64,000 bases of DNA, from positions 18,476,001 through 18,540,000 of the forward strand of contig NC_088802.1 of NCBI RefSeq assembly GCF_011386835.1, in the 5' to 3' direction. The translations under genes and the position numbers were made by a program. Numbering within the stretch: position 1 is the stretch's first letter; each line of letters starts with the position of its first letter. This document shows positions 33,901-46,600 of the stretch, piece after piece. The notes under the pieces were generated by a model. It was not told the DNA's origin and did no database searches. It worked only from the letters and a program-made list of their open reading frames with translations. The stretch comes from Chrysemys picta bellii (taxonomy: Eukaryota).

Positions 33901-36900
33901 ATTCTTTCCCCTGGTACAGCTCTTGTTGCAGCTCAGGTGGTAGCTAGGGGATTCTTCATGATGGCTTCTCCCTCTCTCTGTTCTCTTCCACCCCTTTATA
34001 TATCTTTTGCATAAGGCAGGAACTCTTTGTCTCTCTGGTTTTCCACCCCCCCTCACTGGAAAAGCACCAGGTTAAAGATGGATTCCAGTTCAGGTGACAT
34101 GATCACATGTCACTGCAAGACTTCATTACTCACTTGCCAGCACACACATATACAGGAAGACTCACAGGTAAATACAGCCATCTGCAGACAATGGGAGTCA
34201 TCAAGATTCCAAACCATCATTAATGGTCCACACTTTACACAATTACAATAGGCCCTCAGAGTTACATTTTATATTTCTAGTTTTAGATACAAGAGTGGTA
34301 CATTTATACAAATCAGATGATCACACTCAGTAGATTATAAGCTTTGTAATGATACCTTACAAGAGACCTTTTGCATGAGGCATATCCCAGTTACTTACAT
34401 TCACTTATTACCGTATTTTCTCTAAAACTATCTCAGTTACATTATATTGACTTATTATCAAGTTTTTATAAAACCATATAGACTGCACAACGTCACAGGT
34501 GACCCCTGTTCAAGTCCTGCTCTGGTGAGCAGGGTGTCTGCCCCCCTCTTAGGTGAGTGCCTGCCCTAGAGGATGGACTGCGGTGGGTCTTGCTGCTTGA
34601 AGCCATCTTTGTGCTTTATTTACATATTAATTAGACCAGAGACAGAATGAGAATCACCCTCCAGTGCAGTGAGGCCTCTTCCCCTTCCTCTGACCCCATC
34701 CCTGGGTCTTGTGCTTACCTGATTGGGCCCTATGGGAAAGCTTGGAATAGGAGCCGCTCTTCTCCCCTGGTTCATGGATCGGACTGGGGCTTGGATGTGA
34801 CGTAGGTGCCTGGACACCAGATGCTGCCTGCCAGAAGCTTGGGGGACTTGTACAGTGAAAATGTAGGTGCAGTGTGAGGCTGGTATCCTCATTTCACACA
34901 CGAGGCACGGAAAGATGAAGTAAAGCTCGCCAAAGCCACAGAGGAAGGAGCTGGGCCAGCAGCTGAACCCGGATCTAAGTCTGCCCCGGGCCATTAAGTC
35001 ACTTTGTGTTAGGCAATAAAGGTCTATCGGTTGGACAGCAGGTGTGCCAGCCGGGCACACCAGCAGCGCTGCTGCGTTCAGATCCTCATGTGGCCAGATC
35101 CCGACCTCTGGGGGCCTGCTGATTGATCAGTTCGTTATTTCATAATAACTGATTTGTGCTCAAAAGGGGCAGTGGCAGGAAGGTGCGAAATTAACAAAGC
35201 ACTGATGCTCACCAAATAGAGCGGAGGGTCATAGGGATAAAATGCATGGAAAGGTGCAAAGACCCTTTATTGTTCATTCTGGTTGTTATTGCTGTGAGAC
35301 TGAGCTCTCTGTATCTCTCTCTCCCCTGTAGGACATCAGAAGCACCTTGATCAGGTATGTGGCTCCTTCTCCTTCCCACTTGACTGTGTGGGAAGCTCGC
35401 CCCACAACTCAACAGCAAAGCACATGGGAGAGGGCCACAGTTCAGCTTCTCCTGTCTAGCTGGGGATGACTGGCTGATTCTGGTCCCCGAAGGAAGCACG
35501 ATTCAATTTGATTATATATACTGTGGCAAATTACCAGCACTACTATGATGGGTCTCGCGCTTTCTCTTCGCGGGGGGCGGTTCAGGGCGCTGTTTCTTGC
35601 CCCTGAACTGGGATATTAACTGCCCCACTAGTGTCCTAGAGGAGGGGAGTAGAGAGGGAGGGACCCGGGCCCGCCCTCTCCTCCGGGTCCCAGTCCAGGG
35701 GCCCTAGGGATAGCGGTAAACCACTTGAACTAGCGGTTCCTTCCCCTGGGCTACTTCCCTCTCCTTCCCTTCAGCTTGTGGGGGCTTCCTGCCCTCCTTC
35801 TGCACAAGCCAGGTGTCCCTTTACCTAGGGTCTTGGTCTTCTTAGCCCACTGCAGCACTTCTCCAAACTTTCCTCTACTTCCCTCCAAACTGCTCTCTGC
35901 TCCAACACCAATCCACTCTGCTTCAACTCCTCCAAACTGCTCTCTGCTCCAACACCAATCCACTCTGCTTCAACTCCTCCAAACTGCTGTCTGCTCCAAC
36001 ACCAATCCACTCTGCTTCAACTCCTTCCCTTGTCTGATTGAAGCAGGGGGGGTTTTATCAGGTGACTGGCTTCAGGTGCTCTAATTGGCTTCAGGTGCTT
36101 TAATTGGCTTCAGGTGCTCTAATTAATCTATAGCAAACTTTCTTCCCTCTACAGGGAATAAGGCTCCCTTTTAACCCTCTCCTGCTGCCCTCTGGCCATG
36201 CTGTATCACAATACTAAGGGGCCATACTGCAGTCACGAGGTATGGTTTTTGCTCCTAGCCAGCCTACAGCTCACGTACTGAGAGCAACCAACCTTCAGCG
36301 GCATGTGCTTTCGCACAGGCAGTATAAACCCGCTCAGAACCTTGGGTCATTCCTCACCTATGCTGAAGCATGTTCTGCCACGGCTTTACAGTCCGGTACC
36401 TGAGCTTGCTCAATGAAAGCTACCTCGGGTACGTTAACTGGCATTGCAATCCAGGGCCGGCTTTAGGAAGTGTGGGGCCCAATTCGAATACCCGGCGGCG
36501 GTCCGGGTCTTCGGCGGCACTTCGGTGGCGGGTCCTTCACTCGCTCTGGGTCTTCTGCGGCACTGAAGGACCCGCCACTGAAATGCAGCTGAAGACCCGG
36601 AGCGAGTGAAGGACCCGCCGCCGATGTGCTGCCGAAGACCCGGACCGCCACCAGGTGAGTAAAAAAATTAAAAAGGTGCCTAAGTTAGGTGCTCTTCTTT
36701 AGGGCGCGGGGCCCTCTTAGGCGCAGGGCCCGATTCAGGGGAATTGGCCTTAAGCCGGCCCTGTTGCAATCACATCCCAGGATTGCAGTATAAGCCATAC
36801 CCTGAATAAATAAAGCCCCGTCTCCCTAGCTCAGCCTGTGGGGCAGAGTCACCTTTGGTATAGAAATCTCCCACTGCTGAACAAACCCCCAGGGTAGATT

Positions 36901-39573
36901 CCATTTCTACTAGACTGTAGAATTAGCCATCCTAGGGAAAGGACTCGTCCGTCATCTGAATGTGTGTATTGAGTAACTTGGATACCTGAGGGACTGACAC
37001 ATCTGGCAGTGGGTTTTGGGTTTTTTCACCTCTGTGTCACGGGTTAGGACCCTGGCCAGATCAGCCATAATCAAAAATCTTCCCCACCCGATGAGTCTTT
37101 GGGGAGTTCTTGCTGGAGTCTTTGGGGAGTTCCAGCATGCCCTTCCCCCTAAGTGTGGAGTGGTGATGCCTCAGTTTCTCCACATGATTTTCAGCCCGCT
37201 TCCCCTGTAGAGGTGGCTTAGCCCTCCAGCCAAGACACTTGTTCAATCCCTTCCAGGGTAACAGAGTCCTCTGGTCAAAATCCAACAGAAACACCAGACA
37301 AAAGAATCATTAGCCCAACTGGGGTCTGCTTCCAACCTCCTTCCTAGCAGGCAGGCTCCTATCTGCAAGGGCCTGTCTCAACACCCAGAACATGTGCCTA
37401 GGCTTCAAGCAAACCAATAATCCAGTAGAGGCCTGCTCTCCTGCCATGGGCTCTGGGCAGCTGCCATCCCCAGACATCATTGATTTCAACTGGAGCTATG
37501 CACCTATCCCTAACCCTAACCCTAACCCTAACCCTAACCCTAACCCTAACCCTAACCCTAACCCTGGCTGCTTAGTCCAGCAGCATTCACTGGCGTGAAA
37601 GTCACGTTACAAGCCGATAAAATAAAGAACAATCAGTAAAAAAGCCTGTCTTCCTCCAGGTGCAAGGTGGGGGACTTCCAGCAGCCACTGGAGATTTTTC
37701 CAGATGTGGAAAAGAGACTCAGCAATTTCTCTCAAAAAAATATTGTTCTGAAGGAGACACTGAGGAAATTCAAAGGTACCAAGGGGGCGCAAATCCAGAC
37801 GTGTGTCTGTGACGGGGAGGGTTTAGGCACTAGGCAATTGGCTGCTAAGGGAAAGCCCAGCTAAATAACAGTAAAGGAATATATCATCACCCCTGAAGTA
37901 GGGATAGGGTTTGGAGAGGTGTATATAATTGTGTTTTCATAGATGGATTTGCGCATCTATCTTAATTACTGAGGAGCGCGATATACTGGGGATGACATCA
38001 GTTCTACCTAACACAAAGGGATCAAATCATATTCTTGATTCTATTTTATTTCAAACTGCCTAGGAATTCGCAGGAGGTGAAACTCACCCCTCTGCTGAGA
38101 GCCAATGGTCCATCGTCTCTCACTTGAATTGTATTTTGGAGATTCAAGAGGTGCATAGATCTTGGCCTGGCCCTTCTGTAGGGGGATGAATTCACACTCT
38201 GTCCACCTTAATTTCTCTCTGTCTGGATAGCTCTGTCCCATCGCCTCCATTTGTTTCCCATCATTAAAGTCCTGTTAGACTGGCGAATTGCAGAAATCTT
38301 CTCCTAAAGATAACACCATGACACGCCTCTCTCCTCTCTCTAGATTCTCTGCCGTCTGAATTGGAGGTGGAATGGGGTGAGTGTCTGGAAAACAGCTGGA
38401 AAAGTGACTTGTATCAGGGATATTTCCCTACTGAGAAGTCCATGAGAGTTGTGGCTCGGGCTTTGCTTGCAGAAGAAGTTTCTGAGGTCGGACACAGTAG
38501 CCTCTTGGCAATGAAGGAGGAGCTTTACAGGAAAGGGGGAAGGCCTTTAGCACCCCAGTATTAGTAATCCTTTAACTGCTATTATCCCATGGGAGGGAGA
38601 AGGGGGCTGCCGGGCCATATGGAGACTGGCCAGCCCCCATCGCCACTGAAAAACAGCTTTGCTAAAAATTGGAAAATTTGGAAGTTGTTTCGATTTCTCG
38701 TGTCTCAAAATTCCACCCTGCCCCTGGGCTGGGGAGAGGAGTCTTGAGTTGGTGCCTTTTCCATTCCCCGTGGGCTGGGGTGACCACCTGGGCTCTTTGG
38801 TACAAACAAGGCCTCTGCTCTCATTCGGGGCCACTGATTTCAACCCTCCAGGGTCATTCCATGTACACTGGGGTTTGCGTTCTCCCTTTGGCTGCCTTCC
38901 GGGTGGGTACAGGACGTCTCTGCAGCAGGCAGCATGATTCTCTTGTCTCTCTCTACTGCTAGGAGTGTCCCAGCCAGGCCGGGGCTGCTGGGGAGTGTGA
39001 GAAATGGTCCCAGCCTCCCCCAGGGCTGAGCTCTGCCCCTAACGCTCTGATTCTCTCTCCCCCCCAGTGAATGTGACTCTGGATCCGGACACGGCAAATC
39101 CCCACCTCGTCCTGACTGAGGATCGGAAAAGCGTACGGTGGGAGGACACGCCTCAGGATCTGCCCGACAATCCTGAGAGATTTGATACGTACTGCTGCGT
39201 GCTGGGCCAGGAGGGATTCACCTCGGGGAGGAACGACTGGGAAGTGCACCTGGGGCAGCAGGGATTCTGGACTGTCGGGATCACCCGAGAATCTGTGTGG
39301 AGAAAGGGATGGATCAGTCTGGACCCCGCCCAGGGGATCTGGGCTGTGGGGCTCTGTGGGGGACAGTACCGGGCTTACCCCGACACCCTGCTTCCTCTGA
39401 GTAGGAGGCCTGGGAAGATCCGAGTTTCTCTGGACTACGAAAGGGGGCAGGTGGCTTTTTTTGATGTTGATAACGAGGCCCCGATCTTCACTTTCCATCC
39501 TGCCTCTTTCAATGGGGAGAGAATCCTCCCTTTCTTCTGGGTCTGGGAATCCCAGCTCACGCTGTGTCCCTGA
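27525..39573 (+). CDS. TRIM gene C: RING/B-box2/coiled-coil/B30.2, about 473 aa
   Basis: Exons 27525-27941 (417), 31071-31166 (96), 32131-32361 (231), 35332-35354 (23), 37660-37775 (116), 38344-38376 (33), 39068-39573 (506). All GT-AG, phases consistent, no stops. Confidence 0.9.
28400..30960 (-). mobile_element. Old CR1 LINE remnant (RT region) with nested DNA elements
   Basis: The reverse strand near 30000-30120 reads like a decayed GxPQGSV...NIFIND...DD RT motif; interrupted by Harbinger and hAT MITEs. Confidence 0.6.
28810..29043. mobile_element. Harbinger-type MITE
   Basis: GGCTGGTCTACACT...TGTAGAC termini; same family at about 42070-42314, 45206-45490, 46020-46320, 47085-47330 and 47730-47806. 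Confidence 0.6.
31497..31718. mobile_element. hAT MITE
   Basis: TIR CAGCGTTTCTCAAAC / GTTTGAGAACCCCTG; TSD GTCTAAAG/GTCTAAAC. Confidence 0.75.
33307..34497. mobile_element. Solo LTR inserted into a tRNA-derived SINE
   Basis: TGTGAC...GTCACA termini with a perfect 5-bp TSD GGTGA. The flanks rejoin as A box (GTAGTGGTTAG) ... B box (GTTCAAGTCC). Confidence 0.85.
35544..36210. mobile_element. Solo LTR-like element with an internal 47-bp x3 tandem repeat
   Basis: T(A)TGAT...ATCACA termini, TSD not clean; 47-bp unit CTCCAAACTGCTCTCTGCTCCAACACC... repeated at 35883, 35930 and 35977. Confidence 0.55.
36452..36763. mobile_element. GC-rich hAT MITE
   Basis: TIR CAGGGCCGGCT / AGCCGGCCCTG with a perfect TSD TTGCAATC. 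Confidence 0.85.
37508..37565. repeat. Interstitial telomeric repeat (CCCTAA)9
   Basis: Nine perfect CCCTAA units plus CCCT in the intron before exon 37660 of gene C. Confidence 0.97.
39068..39573 (+). CDS. Gene C terminal exon: B30.2 (PRY-SPRY)
   Basis: [10 protein letters not shown]...[10 protein letters not shown]...LDYERG...IFTF...; CAG acceptor at 39065-39067. Confidence 0.95.
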
Positions 39574-40369
39574 GCTATGGGCTAGTCTATCCCAGTGTGG
39601 ACCATGAACCGGGCTCCTCTGGCCTCTGACAAGCCCAGCTCTATGATCCTGGAAACTGACGGGTATTTCTGAGGTGTCAAAACCAGGAAGAGAGTGAAGC
39701 GGTCGGGCTAGAGAAGCAATGGGCATGGCCTAGCCTATGTGTCTTCATCCTCCGTTCTTGGGGAGGATTGTAGGTGTCGGAAGGGTGAGCAAATTAGAAA
39801 TTCTGTAGCAAGTTCTCTGGATTTTGTAGCCCCTGGGCAAAATTTCATGGGAGCTCCAGCTAGTTGTTTCCTATGGAGTATTTGACTTGAAGTGAAATGG
39901 GGTATTTATTTTGGCTGAATTGGGTTTATTTTACTCTGTTCCCACACAGTCAGTTTCCGGGCTCCCATTCCTGTGTTTATTGACATTGTTGGGAGAAGGA
40001 GAATCTGAAGGCTTTGGCTGCTGGTTAGTACTAATAGGGCCTTTAAGGACGTTTGGGACTGTGGATGTTTCTGCTAAAAGCGATTGGCAGTCAAAGGGTT
40101 AACAATGTCGACGAATGAAATCGCCCTCTTTAGGTTTCAGAGTTAAACCCGTTGACTTCAATGATGTACTCCACATTTCTCAAGGCTGTGTGGTAAGAAT
40201 GGGTCCTGAAGGATGGACCTGGAAAGAGGTGGAGAAAATGTTATGGACTTTTATAGTGTTATTGTTTTAGCAAGTGGATTCTATGTCTTTATGATCCACC
40301 AGATGATTGTATTAAAGTGTCTTGATCGCTCCAATGGGCTCCCTTGTCTTTCCTGTTTAGTACACAATA

Positions 40370-40704
40370 CAGTAGCACCTCAGAGTTACGAACATCAGAG
40401 TTACAAAGTGACCGGTTAACCACACACCTCATTTGGAACCGGCAGTACGCAGCTAAGCAGCAGTAAAGCCAAAAAAAAAAAGCAAATACAGTACAGTGCT
40501 GTGTTAAACGTAAACTACTAAAAAAAAAATAAAGGGAAAGCAGCATTTTTCTTCTGCTTAGTAAAGTTTCAAAGTTGTGTCAAGTCAATGTTCAGTTTGA
40601 AACTTCTGGAAGAACCACCATGAAGTTTTGTTCGGCATTATGAACATTTCAGAGTGACGAACAACCTCCGTTCCCGAGGGCTTTGGAACTCTGAGGTTCT
40701 ACTG
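40370..40704. mobile_element. TcMar/Tigger-like MITE (copy 2)
   Basis: TA|CAGTAGCACCTC...GAGGTTCTACTG; homologous to 2463-2784. Confidence 0.7.
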
Positions 40705-42724
40705 GAGAGAAATAAGCCAAGGAACCCTCAGAATTAACGGGTGCGGTGGTTGCTTTTTACTGACACGCCCATTGCCACGAGGGTGGGCCACTCCAGTGAA
40801 AGGGAATGGCAATGAAAAGAACTTTCTCACCTCTTTTTAGAAATGCCCACGCGTCTACTGGGCAATATTCAAGTGTCTTCATGTGGTTCCTTCGGGATCT
40901 AAGTGTCCAGTGATGGAGGCACGTCCGTCACTACATCTGGCTGGAGAGCTCAGCTCAGTGCACGAACACTTCTTGAAACGCCTCCTGGACTTAAACAAGG
41001 TTCAGGAGCAGAGGCGCCGATTTTCTGAGTTCCCAGGGGGTGCTCGACCCCCACTCTGCCTCAGGCCCTTCCCCCACTCCACCCCTTCCCCCAAGCCCCC
41101 ACCTGCCCTGCCTCTTCCTGCCCCTGCTCCACTCCAGGCCCTGCCCCCACTCCACCCCTTCCCCCAAACCCCACCCACTCCACTTCTTCCTGCCCCTGCT
41201 CCACCCCAGGCCCCGCCCCCACTCCACCCCTTCACCCAAGCCCCCACCCTACCCTGCCTCTCCCTCCCCCCGCTCCTCTCCCTCCCCCCCCCAGGGCCTC
41301 CTGCATGCCAGTGAACAGCTGATAACTAGCAGAAAGGAGGCGCTGGAGGGAGGGGGAGGAGCTAATTGGCACTGCTGCCAATGGGTGCCGAGCACCCCTA
41401 TTTTTTTTCTGTGAGTACTCCAGCCCCAGAGCACACATGGAGTCGGTGCCTATGTTCAGGGACCTCAAGGGAAGCTGTCAGTCCGGCCTTCGGAGGTGGC
41501 GCTTCCTGAGGTGTTTATCTCATAGCAGCGTCTGTGACAACCCAGGCAGCCCTACCATGGCTGCCAGCTAGTGGTGTGACCGTGTCGGCCGTTCCACCGA
41601 CTTGGGTTCTAAATCTGTCCCTGCAGAACTTCTTTGCCCTAATTATCCATGAATGAAAAGCCTTTGGCTGACACAAGCCCTGGAGTCCCACAAAGCACTT
41701 GTATTATCTTCCTTATTTGGGGAGAAGAGATGGGGTGGGGGTGGGGCCTTGGGGGAGGATGGAGTGGGAGCGGGGCCTTGGGTGGGAGGGGCGGCACAGG
41801 GGCCGGGGTCATGGTTTGGGCACCAGTACCCCCCGCCCACTTTTAGGGAGCTTAAGCCGCTTCTGTCCCTCACGGGAAAGGTCCATAGACAAAACAATCA
41901 CAACAACCTGCAGACAAACAGACGAAACGTCAGAGCACCGACTTCCTGCTCTGCTTTGTCTCCTGTATCCCCTTCCCCCACCCATCGTCTGACTGGTCAA
42001 CCTAAACCAAAGGGCTCTCAGGGTGTGGATGGTCTAAAAACTCCAACCATCCCCGTCTCCTCCCACTGAGGGCAGGTCTACGCTTAAAACGCTGCCGCGG
42101 TGCCACTGTAGCGCTTCAGTGAAGACGCTACCGTTGCTGATGGGAAGACTTCTCCACCTTTCCAGAGAGGCGGTAGCTATGGAATTCTCCTGTCGACACC
42201 GTGCTCTCTACACTGGGGGCTAGGTTGGTTTACCTGTGTCACTCGGGGGTGGATTTTTCACATCCTCTGAGCGATGTCGTTATATGGACTGAATTCCCTA
42301 GTGCAGACCAGGCCTCCGTTTCTGATTTTTTTTTTTGATTGCTTGTTGCTCTGGTAGCACAGTTTGCCTTGCCTTTAATGGTCTGCCATGGTCGATCTAC
42401 GTCTCTGTCTGCAGCATCCACTCCTTTCCCCCCTCCAGGAAATCATGGGAATGTTAATGAATACGGAGGAAGGAGTTTTGCTTTGACCCAGGTCCTGAAA
42501 TGTATTTAGTCTCCTAACTTCCAATGGAGGCCAAATACCTGAGGATCTGGGCTTTTATTACAAGTTTGTCTGGCCTGCAGCACAACAGGACTCTGAGCCT
42601 GACTGGGGCAGGTCTAGGAGCTACAGGAATATCAATAAATAACATAAATGCAATTTGGGTGGCGCAAAGGTGGGAGATCAGCAGGGGATAAAGACGGACA
42701 GGGACAGCGCTTCCCTTCTTGGTA

Positions 42725-42856
42725 ATCATAGAATCATAGAACTGGAAGGGACCTTGAGAGGTCATCTAGTCCAGTCCCCTGCCCTCACAGCAGGACTAAG
42801 TATTATCTAGACCATCCCTGACAGGTGTTTGTCTAACCTGCTCTTAAAAAGCTCCA
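42725..42856 (-). mobile_element. CR1 3' terminus
   Basis: ATCATAGAATCATAGAACTGGAAGGGACCTTGAGAGGTCATCTAGTCC is a reverse CR1 tail. Confidence 0.85.
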
Positions 42857-43234
42857 GTGAGATTAGGTGAAATCTAACTCCTAACCACCAATAATTTTTC
42901 TTACTGTGTCTGGATTTAAATAAATGATTACATTACATTCATTTATTGACATTTGGGGGCCGGATTTCACCGTTCTGCCCTTCAGTAGCAGAGAGATGCA
43001 TTCTCTTAATTGCGGTTTCAAAGAGGTTTTTTTTAACCTGGGAATTAAGTAGCGTTGTTCCCTGCATGGGGAGGGTCACATTGCTCTCCAGGGCCTCAGG
43101 GGCTGAAACTAGATGGGGCTCATTCCAGCCCAGCAAATGAGCCGGCTTCAGGAGAAGAAATGCTGTCAGGATGCACTCAAAGGGAAGTGATGTGAAACTA
43201 ACCTGCTGTCACACTTGTCCTCACGGAGAGAGCC

Positions 43235-43642
43235 ATGGCTACTGTGGAAAAACTCCAAGAGGAAGCTTCTTGTTCCATCTGTTTGGAGTATTTCCAAGAC
43301 CCGGTGTCTATACACTGCGGGCACAACTTCTGCCGAGCCTGCATCACTCAGTGCTGGGCCGAACTGGCTACAAACTTCTCCTGCCCGCAGTGCAGACAGA
43401 CCGCCCAGCAGAGAAACTTCAGGCTCAACAGGGAGCTGGCGAACATGGTGGAGCTAGTGAAACAGCTGAAGTTGCCTCCAACAAAAGAGCCAGAGGCGGA
43501 GCGAGTGTGCGAGAAACACAGGGAGCCTCTGAAACTCTTCTGTGAGGAGGAACAACAATTAATCTGTTTGGTCTGCAGAGAGTCCTGGGCGCACGGAGCT
43601 CACGCTGTGGTTCCCATAGAGGAGGCTGCCCAGAAGTACAAG
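43235..43642 (+). CDS. Gene D first coding exon: RING + B-box2
   Basis: MATVEKLQEEASCSICLEYFQDPVSIHCGHNFCRAC...CPQC...CEKHREPLKLFCEEEQQLICLVCRESWAHGAH; donor AAG|GTAGGG. Confidence 0.95.
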
Positions 43643-46600
43643 GTAGGGAATCTCTCTCTCTCCAGAGTCTCTATTTATGCCTCTTTTATGTTTTTGGTTG
43701 GTTGCCTTTTCAATATCAAAATGGCAGGAGTTCAGTAAAGCCTAGTGTAATTTGGGCCCTTCGCTGGGCAATTTCTAGACTAAACGTTTGGGTTTCTTTC
43801 CAGTTTAACTTGAACTCCTCGTTTCCTGCGTTACTGATAGTCGATTTCTGCTTTGAGCAGGGGGTTGGACTAGATGACCTCTTGAGGTCCCTTCCAACCC
43901 TGACATTCTATGATTCTATGCTCACAACAGAGTTCTTGCATGGAATTTTGGCCCAGAGCTTCAGAGGTCTTTAGATTTCTGGATTCCATTGAAATCACTG
44001 GAAATTGAGAGCCTAGGTATCTTTGAGGAGAAAAGCCTGAGCCACAAAATTTTTGACCTGTGCTCCTCATAACTGGTTTTTTTTCTAGTGGAACCTGAGC
44101 GCCTAACGTCTCATTCATTCAATTTGCTAACAGGTGTTCCTGCAAGGGGTTGTGCTGTTAAGTTACTGATCTGTGCACCTAACATTTATGAAAATGCTGT
44201 ATAGTCTGGGAATTAGACCTAAATGAATGTGCCCTTTTGCATCAAAGGTCGCAGTCTTCCAAACACTAATTAGGGCTTGTCCATTACATGGAGAAATTCC
44301 TGATCAACCCTTATTTTGGAGCAAGAGTGCCCTTGCTCCTGTAAAGTGGATTAAGCTGAATAGGAATACGTCACTGTTGTTTTGGAGTAAAAGTGTCCAC
44401 ACATGTACTGTGCTTTAAATTCACACCTGCAATGACTGGCAAGTCCTTATGCACATGCTTAAATTTATATTACCATGTCAATGAGGCTACTCAGAGTAGT
44501 ACGTTAAGCATGTGTGTGTCGCAGGATCAGGGCTATTTCACCCTGAAATTACATTCCTCGGGCACTGAACCTGTTGTGACTAAAACTGACTGGAGTAATA
44601 TATTACTCCTTGCTCTATGCCACATATTTCACTCCCAATAAGGTAATATATTTCTCCAATTCTTGTTCGCTGAGTATCCAGTTTAACACTGACTCCTAAT
44701 GCCCTGGCTTTTTAATGGATGTATTTTGCTAACAACTGCAATGTTCTTGTAAAGACTTTTTACCCTTATGTTACTGATCTATGCTTTCAATCTTAAGGAA
44801 TATTTTTTGTTTGAAAATAGGATTTGAGTTATTTTGTCTTTTTGTCATCTAATAATTCTGTCCAACACCATATCCTTGAGGGCCTGGACACATGGATCTG
44901 GATTCACAAAGCTATGTAGGGCAGGTCTACACTAGCGCTTACTTCAATATAACTTAAGTCGCTTGGGGGTGTGGAGTCGCCTGCTCTCCTGCTGATATAG
45001 CTACTGCGGCTCCAGGAGTGGAGTCACAGGTGCTGTCTTTTTTTTCCCTAGTGGGTGCTCCACCCCTGCTCCACTCCACCCCTCCTGCCCTGCCCTGCCC
45101 CCTCCCTCACGGCCCCTCCCTCTTGCCCCTGGCCCCCCAAACAGCTGGTCAACATTGGTACAGCTGTGCTGCTCTAGGATTCTAGCATAGATAAGCCCTT
45201 TAGTGCTGGTCTACACTGAGGAGGGGAGGTGTCGATGTAAGATACGCAACTTCAGCTACAGGAATAGCATAGCTGAAGTCACGTATCTTAGATCGATTTA
45301 CCTCCCGTCCTCATGGCGTGGGATTGACGTCCGCGGCTCCCCCATCGACTCCGCTACCGCCGCTCGCCCTGATGGAGTTCCGGAATCGACGGGAGTGTGT
45401 TCGGGGATCGATATATTGCGTCTAGACGAGATGCGATATATCGATCCCCGATAGATCGATTGCTACCCGCTGATCCGGTGGGTAGTCTGGAAGATGTTGC
45501 AAGTCCCTTTCTGAAGCTGGTCTATTTGAAATAAAGTTGACTAAGGTCCTTTTATTCTTCTTTTGTGTCATTAATTTCATACCCAACAAAGCAATAACCC
45601 ACTCCTTGCTCCCCAGACCGCCTGACTGCTAAGCTCTTGGTTTGTGTAGATTATACAGACCAGCATTACTGACTGGGGGGGGGGGGGGACCCAGTGAATT
45701 ATGGGAGGCAGACTTGGCCCCATCCATCCATGGAATTTACATGCAAGTGACATTAAGAAAGTTCTCCCCATGAGGTAGAGTAGCTGGTAAAGAGTTTATT
45801 TAAATGAAATCTGAATTGGATTCACTCCTCCCCCACCCAAAACAGAAATCCCACCAAACCCTTTTTCTCTTCTCAGGAGCAAGTCAAGGCTCGACTGCAG
45901 GCTCTGAGGGAAGAGAGAGAAAAACTCCTGGGATTTAAACTGACTGGTGAGAGGAGGAGCTGGGAGTATCTGGTAGGTGCCCAAAGCAGAGATGGGTATT
46001 TCTGCCTCTGAGTGAGTATCGCTGGCCTTGTGTAGACTAGAATTTAAATATGGGCTAGTAGATGTTGGGGTTAGTCTATACTGAAAACACCACCGTGGCA
46101 CAGCTGTAGTGCTTCAGTGTGGACACAACTTACGCTGAAAGGAGGGGCTCTCCCATTGGCGTAGGTAATCCACCTCCCCGAGAGGTCGACGGAAGAATTC
46201 TTCCTAGTGCTGGCTACATGGGTACTTAGGCTGGCTGAACTATGCTGCTCAGGGCTGTGAATTTTTCACACCCCTGACCGTTGTGGTTATGCTGATATAA
46301 CTTTTAAGTGGAACCCAAGCTTAAGAGCCTGGGATGTGAATAGCAACAGAGGGTCCTGTGGCACCTTTAAGACTAACAGAAGTATTGGGAGCATAAGCTT
46401 TCGTGGGTAAGAACCTCACTTCTTCAGATGGGTTCTTACCCACGAAAGCTTATGCTCCCAATACTTCTGTTAGTCTTAAAGGTGCCACAGGACCCTCTGT
46501 TGCTTTTTACAGATTCAGACTAACACGGCTACCCCTCTGATACTGGGATGTGAATGTTTGTGACCCTCTGAGACAATAAATGTGTGTTTGTCAGGGTGTT

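Noticed and set aside
37392-37598. ORF with a PNPNPN repeat
   Set aside because: Translation of the (CCCTAA)n tract.
27525-39573. Assigning gene symbols such as TRIM39, TRIM27 or TRIM7
   Set aside because: The architecture fits the class, but orthology of lineage-expanded paralogs cannot be determined without a phylogeny.
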